This document shows positions 21,211 to 33,884 of a stretch of DNA of 64,000 nt, piece by piece. The stretch lies in the NCBI GenBank assembly GCA_964252035.1, contig OZ176203.1; one strand, given 5' to 3'. The stretch is from Podarcis erhardii. Taxonomy: Eukaryota. The notes beneath the pieces are model-generated. The model saw only the letters and a program-made list of their open reading frames with translations. It searched no databases and was not told the DNA's origin. A program made the translations under genes and the position numbers. The first letter of the stretch is position 1; every line of letters begins with the position of its first letter.

Positions 21211-22175
21211 GTAAGTCTAACATGATTAGTGCATTGGGGAAAGTGTAATGACTAGGCAAGGGTGGCTCAAGACATTTTGCCACCTGAGGCAATGGACAAC
21301 ATGGTACACACACACACTCTTGATATTGAGTAGCCAGCTGGACTGACTGCTGAATCCTAATTCAGTACTAGCAATGGGGCACTGCACTGTCCTGGAGGGA
21401 GGTCAGCACCATACTTGTAAGGCTGGAGCCCCACAGCTCTCAGCTCCAACAGTATGGACAGGGATATCAGGAGGAAGAGCTAAGGGCTGCCACCACCTCC
21501 CATCTTATGGCACCTGCAGCAGTCACCTCATTCTACCTAATGGTAGAGCCAGACCTTTGGCTATGAGCCAGTAGACCAGCAAGTGTGGCTGGCAGAGGGC
21601 TATGGAGAGTCTTGTGTTGCTGTGAGCAGGATGGGCTTCTATTTTGAGTCAAAGAAATGTATTTTTTTGGCATCTGTCTGTCTCAGGAGACAATGGAGGA
21701 GCACGCTTTGAGGGATGAAGTCAAACTGTTGGAAGGTTGCAGCGCCTGCTGTGGAGAGATATGTTTTGTTGCAGGTCAGGCAGATGAAGGCATCTGGTTG
21801 TGCTGCTACAAATGAACCATAGTGTTTCTTTTCTCTGTGCTCCTCCCAGTGGCCTTTCATCTTCTGGTCACTGCACAGACACACACAGAGCTGCCTTGTG
21901 AGGTTAAATAAGGTATGCAGCAACCCTCTTCCCCAAATTGTTCCTACCATGAATTTCAGAAAGGCTTCCTTTTCCCTCCACCTATCCAGTGAAAGGTATT
22001 AAAAAATGAAAGAAAAATATTTTGGAATTAGCAGCCCAGTTCTAATCTGTTCATGGTTGCTAGAAGTGCAGAACAGGAATTTTTGCATAAATAAATATTT
22101 TCCTTGGATCTAGACCAAGGGATTTGTAAGCATAAGATACGAGAGGTGATTATTAATTATTTTGTCTTGCCGCAG

Positions 22176-22502
22176 GTGCCATATTGACAAGTGACAGAGA
22201 CGTGGAGCTGGGCGGCAACGCTACTTTGAGATGTACCCTAACAGAATCTCTTCAAACTGTTCAAGTTACATGGCAGCAAGAGGTTAATAAAAACGCTGTA
22301 AATTTGGCAGCATATGGCAACAAACAAATTCCAAATATTAACGACCGATACAAAGGTCGAGTCAATTTAACAATTTTTGAACTCAATGACACTGCCATCA
22401 GCTTCTGGAATGTTAGCACCGAAGAAAATGGTTGTTACCGATGCATATTTAACATATTTCCTCCAGGATCCAATAGCAAAAAAACTTGTCTTTCTGTTTA
22501 CG
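22176..22502 (+). CDS. CD200: CD200 exon 3 (IgV domain)
   Basis: 327 nt, phase 1-1; ATLRC...VTWQ...FWNVS...GCYRCIFNIF...TCLSVY, including the extra F/G-strand Cys pair characteristic of CD200. Confidence 0.95.
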
Positions 22503-23506
22503 GTGAGTCATTTCATATTAAAATAGCTAGAGCAGGGCATTTCTTCAAATATGCTCCTTTGATAATGAAGCAATACAACACACACCATTATCTCACCCCC
22601 GTTCCAGGGGCGCAAGACTTGCCCAAGTTTGCTTTCCTTAGGAAGGGTGTTACAAGAGCCCTACAGCATTTCCTAATACTTGGTTTCATCCAACAATATA
22701 ACTACCGATTGAGTATAATTGGAACTACAGCTTAAACCACAGGTGGTGAACCTGTGGTCCTTCAGTTGATGTTGGACTATAACTCCTACGATCCATGAGC
22801 ACGCTAGCTGCAGATTATGAGAGCAAAACCTGATGGTCTAAGGTTACAATATCCACAGCAGATCGGAGGCAGTATATTTCCAGTTGCCCAGGTCCTGCCT
22901 GTGGACTTCCTGTGGGCATCTGATTGGCTACTGTGAGAGCAGAATGCTGAACTTGATAGGTCATTGATCCATTAGGTTCTTATATTCTTCTATGCTGATA
23001 TGGGGAGTGGAACAGGACACTAAGAAGCTCCGGGGACCAAAAGCTCAGCTTGGTGTCTGATCTCCATCTGCCTCAAAACTGCAGGCTTCTCCTTTTGTTT
23101 CCCTGTATATACAGAGACCTGGATCACAACATTTGTTAACTGTGCAGGAGGATCTGTCCCCTTCTCTCATAATTCTTCCGATTCAGAACATTCCCAAATC
23201 TTTTGTTAGCAATGGACTAAGCAATTTGTTGCTATGGCAACATATTCCTGAACAATTAACAAGTCCAAGGTTCTGGCCTGTTATGCCACAGAGAAACTCA
23301 CACTAACGGAAACCCCTTTGTAAAACTGAATAGAAATCAGCCCACTGTGTAATAATGTTACAACATATGTTTTAGTTTTCAGCCAGAATATTGCAGTGTG
23401 GGACATTGGGCTTTTCCACATGTACGGTGTGTTGAATAACACACTATAGCACACTACAGTTGAAGGATGATTGCTCAAAGTTAACATAAGTTTCCTACCA
23501 TATAGT

Positions 23507-23864
23507 AGGAAAGTAGTAGTAAAGGGACCCCTGACCATTAGGTCCAGTCATGGCCGACTCTGGGGTTGCGGTGCTCATCTCTCTTTATTGGCTAAGGGAG
23601 CTGGCGTACAACTTCCGGGTCATGTGGCCAGCATGACTAAGCCACTTCTGGGAAACCAGAGCAGTGCACGGAAATGCCATTTACCTTCCTGCCGGAGTGG
23701 TACCTATTTATCTACTTGCACTTTGACGTGCTTTCAAACTGCTAGGTTGGCAGGAGCAGGGACTGAGCAACGGGAGTTCACCCCATTGCAGGGATTCGAA
23801 CCGCCAACCTTCTGATCGGCAAGTCCTAGGCTCTGTGGTTTAACCCACAGCACCACCCGTGTCC
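23507..23864 (-). mobile_element. Sauria SINE, full length
   Basis: Complete head and body; flanked by ttcctaccatatagt-like target copies. Confidence 0.92.
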
Positions 23865-23880
23865 TTTTTCCTACTATATA

Positions 23881-24228
23881 AGGTAAAGGTAAAGGGACCC
23901 CTGACCATTAGGTCCAGTCATGACCGACTCTGGGGTTGCGGCGCTCATCTCGCTTTATTGGCCGAGGGAGCCGGCATACAGCTTCCGGGTCATGTGGCCA
24001 GCATGACTAAGCCGCTTCTGGCGAACCAGAGCAGCACACGGAAACGCCGTTTACCTTCCCGCTGGAGCGGTACCTATTTATCTACTTGCACTTCGTGCTT
24101 TCGAACTGCTAGGTTGGCAGGAGCAGGGACCGAGCAACGGGAGCTCACCCCATCGCGGGGATTCGAACCACCGACCTTCTGATTGGCAAGTCCTAGGCTC
24201 TATGGTTTAACCCACAGCGCCACCCGCG
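23881..24228 (-). mobile_element. Sauria SINE, full length (tandem to previous)
   Basis: Complete element with (ACCTTT) tail. Confidence 0.92.
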
Positions 24229-24377
24229 TTCCTACCATATAGTCTGCCTCTAATTCAACAGTTTGCAGTTTGCCCTGCTGAGTCCCTCACTGATACAGTA
24301 GCATCTTTTCATCTTCCTTTTATTGCCCACCTGCGGTCCTTATGGTGAAGCATTTTGTGCCGTCATTTATGTCACAG

Positions 24378-24641
24378 GCCGCCTCAACACATTTTTACAC
24401 TACAGCATCTCTGATGGGCGCTTGAATGCCACCTGCTCAGCAACGGGCTTCCCACGTCCCAACATCACATGGGTTGCGCCAAGAGGCCTGAAGGAGGAAC
24501 ACGAGATCACAAATCCCAATGGAACAGTATCGGTCATAAGCAATATCCTTGTAAATGCCTCAGATAGCCATTCTGGACAAGAGATGATCTGCAAGGTTAC
24601 ACACAGGGGGAAAGAGATGGATCTCAAGGTACCAAGAAAAG
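24378..24641 (+). CDS. CD200: CD200 exon 4 (IgC2 domain)
   Basis: 264 nt, phase 1-1; LHY...NATCSATGFPRPNITW...NPNGTVSVIS...ICKVTHRG; donor g|gtaagt. Confidence 0.95.
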
Positions 24642-24734
24642 GTAAGTGAGCAAAGCACTCGGTGCCTGTCATCCTCCTAAAAGGTAGCAAAACTTTCATC
24701 TCAAAAATCTTGTATTTTCTTTTCTTCCATTCTA

Positions 24735-24874
24735 CAAGGGATGGCGAACCTGCAGCCCTCCATATGTTACTGACCTACAGTCTTCCACCATCCCTGATCA
24801 TTGTCCATGATACCTGGGGGTGATGAGAACTGGAGTATAACAAACTCTGGAGGGTCACAGGTTTGCCATGCCTG
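24735..24874. mobile_element. Short palindromic hAT-type MITE
   Basis: caagggatggcgaacctg ... caggtttgccatgcctg inverted ends. Confidence 0.65.
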
Positions 24875-25455
24875 ATGTAAAAGGAAAAAAAAACAAAATT
24901 CAGACTAAAGAGAGGCTTTAGTGCAGGGATGTGGAACAGGTTCCAGGTGGCCAATTTTGGCAGTTGAGTGGGGCTACCCACCTGTCCACCCCTGGATCCT
25001 TTAATACTGTATATTTCACACTTCCTCTTATCAAGTAATAATTATCATTTTAGTCTATTGTTACATGCACGCATTCTTCCTTATTTTTTCCCTCCTTCAA
25101 GATGGATTTGGGCATGTGCTTTTAGTCTCCCTCTGAAATTCTTTACTCTTACCTCTTTCATAAACAGAAACACACTCACTGGTTTTCAGCGAATGCATTT
25201 TGAACATATTCTTAGGAGTTATTTCAACCTCTAGTCATCTCACCCACTACAGCAAATTAAGGACCTCACTTTCAATGTAGAATTGTGAATTTATTCTGTT
25301 ATATTACATTATTATATCATATTATATTATAATATAAATTATTATATTATATTATATTATATTATATTATAATTATATTATATTATTGCATTTATATTTA
25401 TATTACACAGACTCCTCTCCATATTGTCAGCAATTATTTTCTTTCCTCCATATAG

Positions 25456-25550
25456 GCTATCCATATGCTGTGGTCGTAACTGTACTTGTCCTAATTTCTC
25501 TGACTGTGGTTATTATTGCGGTGTGCTGCTGGAAACGACACCAAAAATAG
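25456..25550 (+). CDS. CD200: CD200 exon 5 (TM and very short tail, stop TAG)
   Basis: ctttcctccatatag|; GYPYAVVVTVLVLISLTVVIIAVCCWKRHQK*; the WKRH motif matches human CD200. Confidence 0.92.
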
Positions 25551-26875
25551 TGCAGAAGTAAGTTATTTAAACCAAAAGAAGATAAATATACGTTGTTGCT
25601 ACGCAGACTACATGAATGGTAGCTGATGCACATAAAAATGCTGGATATCAGCTGAATGAGAGGGCTTGTGCTCAAGAATGCAGAGATATGTCAATTTTGG
25701 TTTGTCCTGAATTCTGTTTTCTGAGAGCTCCCAGGCAGGCTCCGCCCCTTTTTGTGCTTGAAGAGCAGACTGGAGTGAAGACTACTACTTGGTCCGCTCT
25801 CCTGGCTCCACCTCCCCAGTCACGATTGGTTCGTTTGAACCGAGGTTTGGCGGGAACCTCAAGGTCTGTGACCTGAGGAGGTGGACCAGGAGTGCTCTGA
25901 CGGGAGTCACGGAGGATCAGGGGTGCTGCGCATGGGCACGCAAAGGGGCCCTCCATTTCATGGGGAGAGCAGTTATTTTTGCACAAATTTATTGACTGGA
26001 GAACACCATCACAATTTAGAAATTACAAATTTTAAAGGTTGGCTGTGTTCCAGTTTTCATACTGTTTCATAAAGTGTGAATTAGTGATGTTTACCTTTAA
26101 ATGTGAGCAAAATTGAATTTCTTATTAATCACTACTTACACTCAGTTGAAACAGGTGATTTCTGAGTACTGTGCAAACAAACATGTATGTTTATATGGGC
26201 TAAGAGATATGGCTGATTCTTGTTCAAAATAGTTTTTCTGTTATTTTGACTTGAAAATAAGGTTGTGGTGTTTGTTTTTTTCAAAAATGACATGCAAATT
26301 GCTGCAGGAACATGGGGAACTGAATTTAAGATTGGAAAAATGAGAAAGTGGCAAAACCCAAAAGTGATATCCCTAGTTGTAAATAGGTGATGGGATAAGG
26401 AAGGAGTAAGAAACGTTCTCTCTGTGAACTTCTTTTAAGTTAACTTTTCTTAGCATCTAAGTCCATGACAGCAAGTCAAAATCTGCTTCCCAACTTAAAA
26501 CATGTTATATGTGTCTGAAACAGGATTTAGAGTGAATCCCTTGCACCTTGTACTGGCAGGGGTGGGGAAGCTCCCACTGAAGTGTATGGGAGCCCGTTCC
26601 ACATTGGTGCAAACAGCAGGCATGGAGGGAACTGAACTGGGACCACAGCAGGAGGGTCACAGCCATCCCTCCTGCTACATCCTATGTCTACTCAGGATAA
26701 GGGGACCTGCAAATACAACATATATTTAAGAGCTTTCTCATCTTTTGTAATGGTATGGAAGGTGTTGTGTCTCATTTGGTCTTAAACTGATATCGTGGGC
26801 CATCGTTTCCATGTTGTACACCCATGTCTTTTGCCCTGTACTAGAGTTGCTTGCACACTACTCCGAACACCTGTA

Positions 26876-27100
26876 CAGTGGTTCCTCAGGTTAAGTACTT
26901 AATTCGTTCCAGAGGTCCATTCTTAACCTGAAACTGTTCTTAACCTGAAGCACCACTTTAGCTAATGGGGTCTCCCACTGCCGCTGCACCGCCGGAACAC
27001 GATTTCTGTTCTCATCCTGAAGAAAGTTCTTAACCCGAAGTACTATTTCTGGGTTAGCGGAGTCTGTAACTTGAAGCGTATGTAACCCGAGGTACCACTG
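26876..27100. mobile_element. Tc1/mariner (Tigger-like) MITE
   Basis: TIRs cagtggttcctc / gaggtaccactg with TA flanks; same family as 52833. Confidence 0.85.
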
Positions 27101-28802
27101 TACACACGATCTCTACACATGTGCAAGTGTTTGCATGGAAGTATATACTTGTTCTTTGTCCAGTCACTGTGTACACAGACTGTACACTCGTTGATCATTA
27201 CACAGAAATAGCAGCAGGGTTGTGCAGCTCATCTGTTGTGTACACGGGGACCAAGATGGAACACACGATGAACGTATTATGTGAACATCTCAAGTGTTAT
27301 CTCATAAAGAGGCTTTGCAAAAGTTCTGAAGCATTACCAAAACTACCATATCAGTATGCATGTGCTTTCCCCCACAGGGCAAAAAGCATTTTGTGTGGAT
27401 GGGAGAAATATTTTGACTGGGAAAATGTCATGGAAGGAAAGGCTTAAATGCCATTCACAGCTCTGTATTCCCAATCTGGTTCAGGGGCTTCCCATGCCCC
27501 ATCTAGCTTGGCCCAGAGATGTTTATAGACTTGAACTATGCATCATAGGCAACATTGATGATAATATGACTTCCCAGTCATGGGAGATGGAGTTTTCATT
27601 GGTCTACAGCCTAAATTCCTTCATGTTTAAAATATGCTCCATGAATTGGCAAGGCTTGTGAACAAAGAAATTACATTCAGCGTTTAACTTTCTCCATGCA
27701 GCTTCATTTGAAACAGCTTTATTCCTGCTTAAGTCATTCACAACTTTTAAACAAAGTGAGCTACCATAACATTTTAGCGTTGAGGCAGTTAAGCTTAGTG
27801 AGGGTTTTGGATTGATGTCAGCCACAACCCCATATGAAGCTGCAGATAGAGGCTTCTAGAACTTTCACTTCCTCTCTCTGGAACTTTCTTTCCTGCATGC
27901 AAACAAACACGCACATACAAGCAGAAACTGGGCCACCAGCTGAAAGAGACTTTTCAGGGGTGGAATCGCTTCCCTTACAAATTAAGGCAAAGTAACTGTG
28001 GTGATTTAAAATTAGACTTTTGTAAAAAGGCATATTATTCTATTAGGATTTTAAATCTCTCCCCCCCCCCCCGAGTTTAAATGAAAACTCTATGAAAAAT
28101 GTATATGTATTGGAAATGAATTTATTTTTAAAAAATGAATTTCTAACTGGAAAATTAAATGTTCATCAACATACAAACATCAACTTTAAAAATGTAGGGC
28201 AGGAGTAAAAATTTTCAGCTGACCTATCCCAAATCCTATATCTCGACAAGCTCTCTACTTTCAGATTTTCCCCTCAGCTTTCTTATGATCCAACAATGTT
28301 GTGCCATACCTCCACTGCCCAGTCTCTTGTCTGGAACCATATCCTGCTTGAAATTCCTGGAAACGTCAGATTAAGACAGATAAGGACAGTCATAGGGAGT
28401 GTCTACCATAACTTGAAGCCAAGTATCATAAGGACACTTATAAATTCTTATCTAATATTCAGAGATGTTTTCATAGGGTAGCCTATCAAGGTTTTTACAG
28501 CACTGAGGAAATAGGAACGAAACTACAAATTAAGGGCATGTTGTTCTTGATGTGAGAACATATTATTCTCTTGTTGGGCTTTAGGCTGTGGCAATTTTTT
28601 CAGGAGATCATCATGGCAGCCACAGCCCCTGGAGTATCCAAAAGTGAAAGCAGTTGTGTTGCTCCATTGTGTATGTGTGTAAACATGCAATCACACACGC
28701 ATGCACACACACAAGTACGCACACAAAAGCATAATATCCAATTTATTAGGGATCAGCCTGGCTGAAACATCTGCATAATTATCTGGACATAAGCTCTACT
28801 GA

Positions 28803-29173
28803 GGGGGACGTGGGTGGCGCTGTGGGTAAAACCTCAGTGCCTAGGACTTGCCGATCAGAAGGTCGGCGGTTCGAATCCCCGCGGTGGGGTGAGCTCCCGT
28901 CGTTCGGTCCCAGCTCCTGCCCACCTAGCAGTTCGAAAGCACCCCTAAGTGCAAGTAGATAAATAGGTACCGCTTTATAGCGGGAAGGTAAACGGCGTTT
29001 CCGTGTGGTGCGCTGGTGCTGGCTCGCCAGCTACAGCTTCGTCACGCTGGCCACGTGACCCGGAAGTGTCTTCGGATGGCACTGGCTCCCGGCCTCTTGA
29101 GCAAGATGAGCGCGCAACCCTAGAGTCGGTCACGACCGGCCCGTACGGGCAGGGGTACCTTTACCTTTACCTT
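28803..29173 (+). mobile_element. Sauria SINE (different subfamily), full length
   Basis: 13-bp TSD taagctctactga (28790-28802, 29174-29186); (ACCTTT)n tail. Confidence 0.93.
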
Positions 29174-32100
29174 TAAGCTCTACTGAACTCAGAAGTGCTT
29201 CCTGCTGAAGGCATATAAGATGATGTGTGTCAGAGGAGATTCATACAGTAATAAACAATAGTAATGATAATCAATAATAAGTTCAACGTCTGAAACTCAA
29301 GAGCAGGGGTAGCTAGCTATATCTTCATAAAGAAATCTGCTCTTGTGTATCTAGTACTTTCTTCTTGTAAGGAAATTGCCTTGTCAAAGGATTTCTTGAA
29401 ACATCTTAACATTCAGACAAGTGCGAAGCAACAGCAACACCCAAACGTGCCCTTTCAGCTCTCAAAAGTCCTGTTTCCTATATAGACTGGATCCCTTCCA
29501 AACAGTAGCAACCAAGCCCCAAACAGGATATATTGCACAAGAACCCTGACCTTTCCCTTCACCTTCATAGTTCCATATTTTCTCTTGCAGCTATGGAGTG
29601 GCTTTTTATTCTGAAACATTTTTGATTGTCACATAAGTGAGGGCTGCACACCACACACTTCCTCCTGCAATGTGGGTTTGTGGTTGTGGAGCAGGAGTAG
29701 TTCTGAGAAAAAAAGCAACGTTTCTCTCAAGAAATAAGTATTCCTCAAACACTCATGTGCAATCTATTCCTGTATTCCCCCTCCCCCTTTCTTCAGCAAC
29801 CTGGGTCCTATTTAAATAGGGCTTGTTATAGAAAATGCAAGTTTAGTACTGTTTCTGCCATGACAATGTAAAGCCCATTGCCATACTCAGTTGGTGTGAA
29901 ATTCTTGAAACACTTGGAGCAGTCAGCTCATTCTTTCCTCATACTCTATATATATGAAGATTTGGGAAGAAAAGTGAGAATGGACTATAACCATCATACA
30001 CAATGGGAAAAAACTGTGAAATGGCTCCCTGACAGTTGAAACACGCCTGACATTGTCATTTTTTAAAATGCAAATAACCTTTTATTTACCCAGGTTTTAG
30101 GTGGGTAAAGTGATGCTCATCTTTTAGTGGAGCGGGACTTGTTGGATGAGCATTTTAAGAATTTTGTATTGTACATCTTTTTCTAATTTGGCTCATAATT
30201 TTAGATTTTACTTCACTGTATATTAAGTTGTTAAGTTACCTTGTATTATGGCAACAAATATATATAATATTGATAAAATAAAATAAAATAATTAAAACTA
30301 CTCTATCTATCTATCTGTTCTCTTTTAGGAATCTAAGGGAATAAACCAACATTCTGAATTTTGTTCCAGGGAACTGAAAAAACATTCTAGCAACTGTGTC
30401 TATATAACTAGAAAGTCATGAATGCAGCATCAATTTAAAGGAGAACCTGGACCAAATTTGTGGCAAATACAATATCAGCTGGGATCCAGAGGTTCTCTTG
30501 TACAAGCAGAAGGCATCTCTGTGGGTACAACCCTCCTAGATACTGTCAATTCTCCCCTCTATTTGCAGCCTCTCTTGCTACACCCCATGTTTTTCCCAGT
30601 GGTGGGAAAGCACCATTGTCTGAGCAATGTCCTGCTTGTTTGTCACTGGATCCAACCCAAAGAAAATGAATTATTAATTCTTAAATGAAAATAGAATGTG
30701 AAAAGAAGGTGGTAAACACCAGGATTCTAGTCTAGTAAAAGGCTTAGAATTGTTAAAACCAAGAAACACATGTGCAGGGCTTTGGGCCAGTTTCCACCAT
30801 GAAGTATTCATTTGCTTCAAAAAGAAAAAAGCACAATGCAAAATAAACACAGATCTGCTTCTGTTAATATAACTTTGGCTTTCCTACTTTAAACACACTA
30901 TTGTTAGCTGATTTTAAAGGGAAGCTTAAAAGGAAAATGCAAAGGGACAGTGTTTTCCAGCAATCTACTGAAGAGGAAGGGCACAGGTTTGATGAATAAG
31001 AGCTATTCAATAATTCTGCAACTATGGGGATTGAACAGGAAACAATTAATTAGGCTTAAAAAAGAATTAAGAAGAGGAAGTTATTGTTTAAAGGGACAGT
31101 AGCCCAAATGACCTTAGCAGTGCTTACCAAACCACACTGAACAGGCTAGTGCTGAAATCGATTTCATTTCAAGAAAGTAATAATTAGAACCTACCAATCA
31201 GGTAAAAAAATATTAGAAACAAGGAAAAAACGGAATGCAGCAGGTAATCATGTCACTGGATTTTGTAAAACCTGAGAGAATAAAGGGATGTCAATTTCAA
31301 ATTAAATGGCTCATATAAAAGGAACCCAAGTAAATATTTATGGGCATTAATTAGTTCCAGGTGTTAGTTATCCTAACTGTGCTTTATGGCAATTTCTTGT
31401 ACATTCAATGTTACCTCTTCTGTGGCTACCTCTCTTAAAATAAATCATTGCACTGAATGTATGGAAAGACCTACTGCATTTTATGTAGAAACCAAATAAA
31501 GTAATTTCAAAGAAAAGTGATAATATGCTCCTTATTGTCAATGTCTTTGGCTTTTTTTTTTTGTCAAAATGGGACCTCAGATTAAAATAGTGCTACAATT
31601 GGATGTAGATTTGATGTGATGATAGTCTAATAGTCCTTCTTTTTACCTTTAAAAATCTTTCTGCACTGATTTCTTTAAAAGCAAAAAATGACATTTAAAA
31701 AATAGCAATGAAGCTGTATCAGACCTAGTAGACAGTTTCTCTGGCTTCCTGCAGTTTCTTGTGGTTACAAGAAAGCCCACCTGAGGTTATTACAGGGGCA
31801 CTTGGGAAGGCTGGAGAATGTGGACCACCAGAGAGAGGATTTGTAGAATCAAACCAAAGACGAAAAAGTTTGACACCTCTAAAGTAAGGGAAGTGCCCTT
31901 CACCCATAAGAATTTAACTGAAAAATTCTCTCTGCTTTGGTAATTTTTAATAATTTGATTATTTTTAATGCAATTTCTTTTCTAGTGCATTGATGGAGAA
32001 TGGTAAACAAGCAAATAAGTACATTTTTCCTGATTATATAATTTCTAATTATGTAAGCCACCTCAAAGTTTTGTAGAGAGGTGGGATATTATATGGATAA

Positions 32101-33634
32101 ATCAAGAAATCTGTGCTAAAGCACTGCAACCTCCCTGTCACATTTGTTTTCAAAACTTTTTTGAGACTGTATGTGCCCCATTGCAGTGTTAGGATGTTCA
32201 GCTAGTCAGATTAAGAATGACAAAACTCAGCACAACTACCAAAGCAGTCAGCTGGTAGTCTTTTTCCAACCACTTACTTCAGCTATGCTGCTAAATGAAT
32301 CAATATGATGAAGGCAGAAAGATGAGAACTTTGCTGAAATCAACTTTCCATTTCCTTGCCTAGATCTGAAGATAATTGTTTGCAAATTAGATGGGTGACT
32401 TTGACAAGGAGCGTAAATGATTCATCGCAGACGGATAAATATTTTGCACCTAGATTTGCACGCTTGCAGTTTCAGAGGTCTGGTGATGAACTTTTCAAAC
32501 ACAGGGCAACCTGCCACTCACCCACCTGCTCTAGGTCTAGGAGCCCAGCATGTCGCAGAGGATTCTGGGAGGTGTTGGCTCATCAGGCTGTTGGCACCGT
32601 TGACATTCTGCAAGAACTGTCCATATGCACTAAAACATTACTAATGTTTTGATGTGGCTGTCACTCACTGGATAATATCGTCACCAGCAGTTGCACAATA
32701 CCTTTACTAGGAGGACCAACCAAAATGTCACAAAATAGTAGCAAGCTAGGTCTGGTTAACATCCAGCCTTTGTGTTTTCAAAAATAAGGGGTGACCACTA
32801 TCCCAGAATACTAGCTGTGTAACCATATACTGGGAACACCTAGTAGAGACTTACTCAGTTTGAAATATCCATTTTGTAAGAGAATCTTGTCCTTATGACT
32901 ACAACATCCAGCCAATTTCTGTACTCCCACCCCTTCTTTATTTTTCGTCGTCTCCCTGCCACTTGCTTTGCGTAATTTCTTGCAGAAAGAAGCTCCCAGC
33001 CCCTCTAAATCTTTCAGCAACTTTCCGTTTTGCTAACTATGTCTGGTTTAGCAATAGAGTAGTAGTTTAGGCTTTCCACAGGTGGATGATCACAATCATG
33101 GTGAATTCATTATCTGAAACACCACAAACTACTCACAACAAGTGGGTATCAGCAGGCTTAGGGGCACTAAAAATAAATATTCAGGGGTAAATCACTAAGG
33201 GGTGGAATGGCCCAGTGAACACTGAGTGTGCTCAGCAAACTGACACTTGTTGGAGGGGGAGGAAAATGGACTGCTCAGGAAGAGAACATGGTTGGTTGTT
33301 TGGAATCCTGAGCAGTAAAACTCTACACTATTGCAGTTTCCCACTTGTCCTTCCTGGGCCACATTCCCAAACAGAAGTTTCTAATAACAAAACCTTTTGC
33401 CAGCAGAACAAGTGTACCACTAAGAGACTTTAACTTGGCTCTACACTGAATGCTATCCAAAGATTCTAGATAACTAGGGAGCCATGTAGATGGTCCTTTG
33501 GGCTCATGTAAGCCTTGGATTTATATCATTCATTCATTCATTCATTCATTCATTCTCCTGTCACACAGACAGTTCTGTCATAGCACAAAGAACAACTGCA
33601 TCACAAAATTGCTTCTTCCCTATTTATTTACACC

Positions 33635-33884
33635 CAGTGCTTTTTTCCCTTAAAAAATGCATGTGTACTCTCATTTTGACTCAAGAAAATCACCATTTTA
33701 TAGCTCAAATCAGGAAGAATAAATACAGTAAATGGACATCGGGGGTAGCAGTGGAACTGACGATTCACTGTGCTAGAGAAGAAACTATTTTTTAAAATAA
33801 TTTTTCAATTTCTTGTGACTCCTGTTAGAGTCACAAAATGTTTAGGGGTATGCATCCCCCTGCATCTCCGCAGAAAAATCACTG
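33635..33884. mobile_element. hAT MITE
   Basis: TIR cagtgctttttt / aaaaatcactg; perfect 8-bp TSD tttacacc. Confidence 0.85.

Noticed and set aside
23471-24182. Two similar ORFs of 114 and 107 aa
   Set aside because: Antisense translations of the tandem Sauria SINEs.
28604-28650. Acceptor giving an alternative CD200 tail (RDHHGSHSPWSIQK*)
   Set aside because: Lies downstream of the in-frame TAG, so it cannot be coding here; no homology support.
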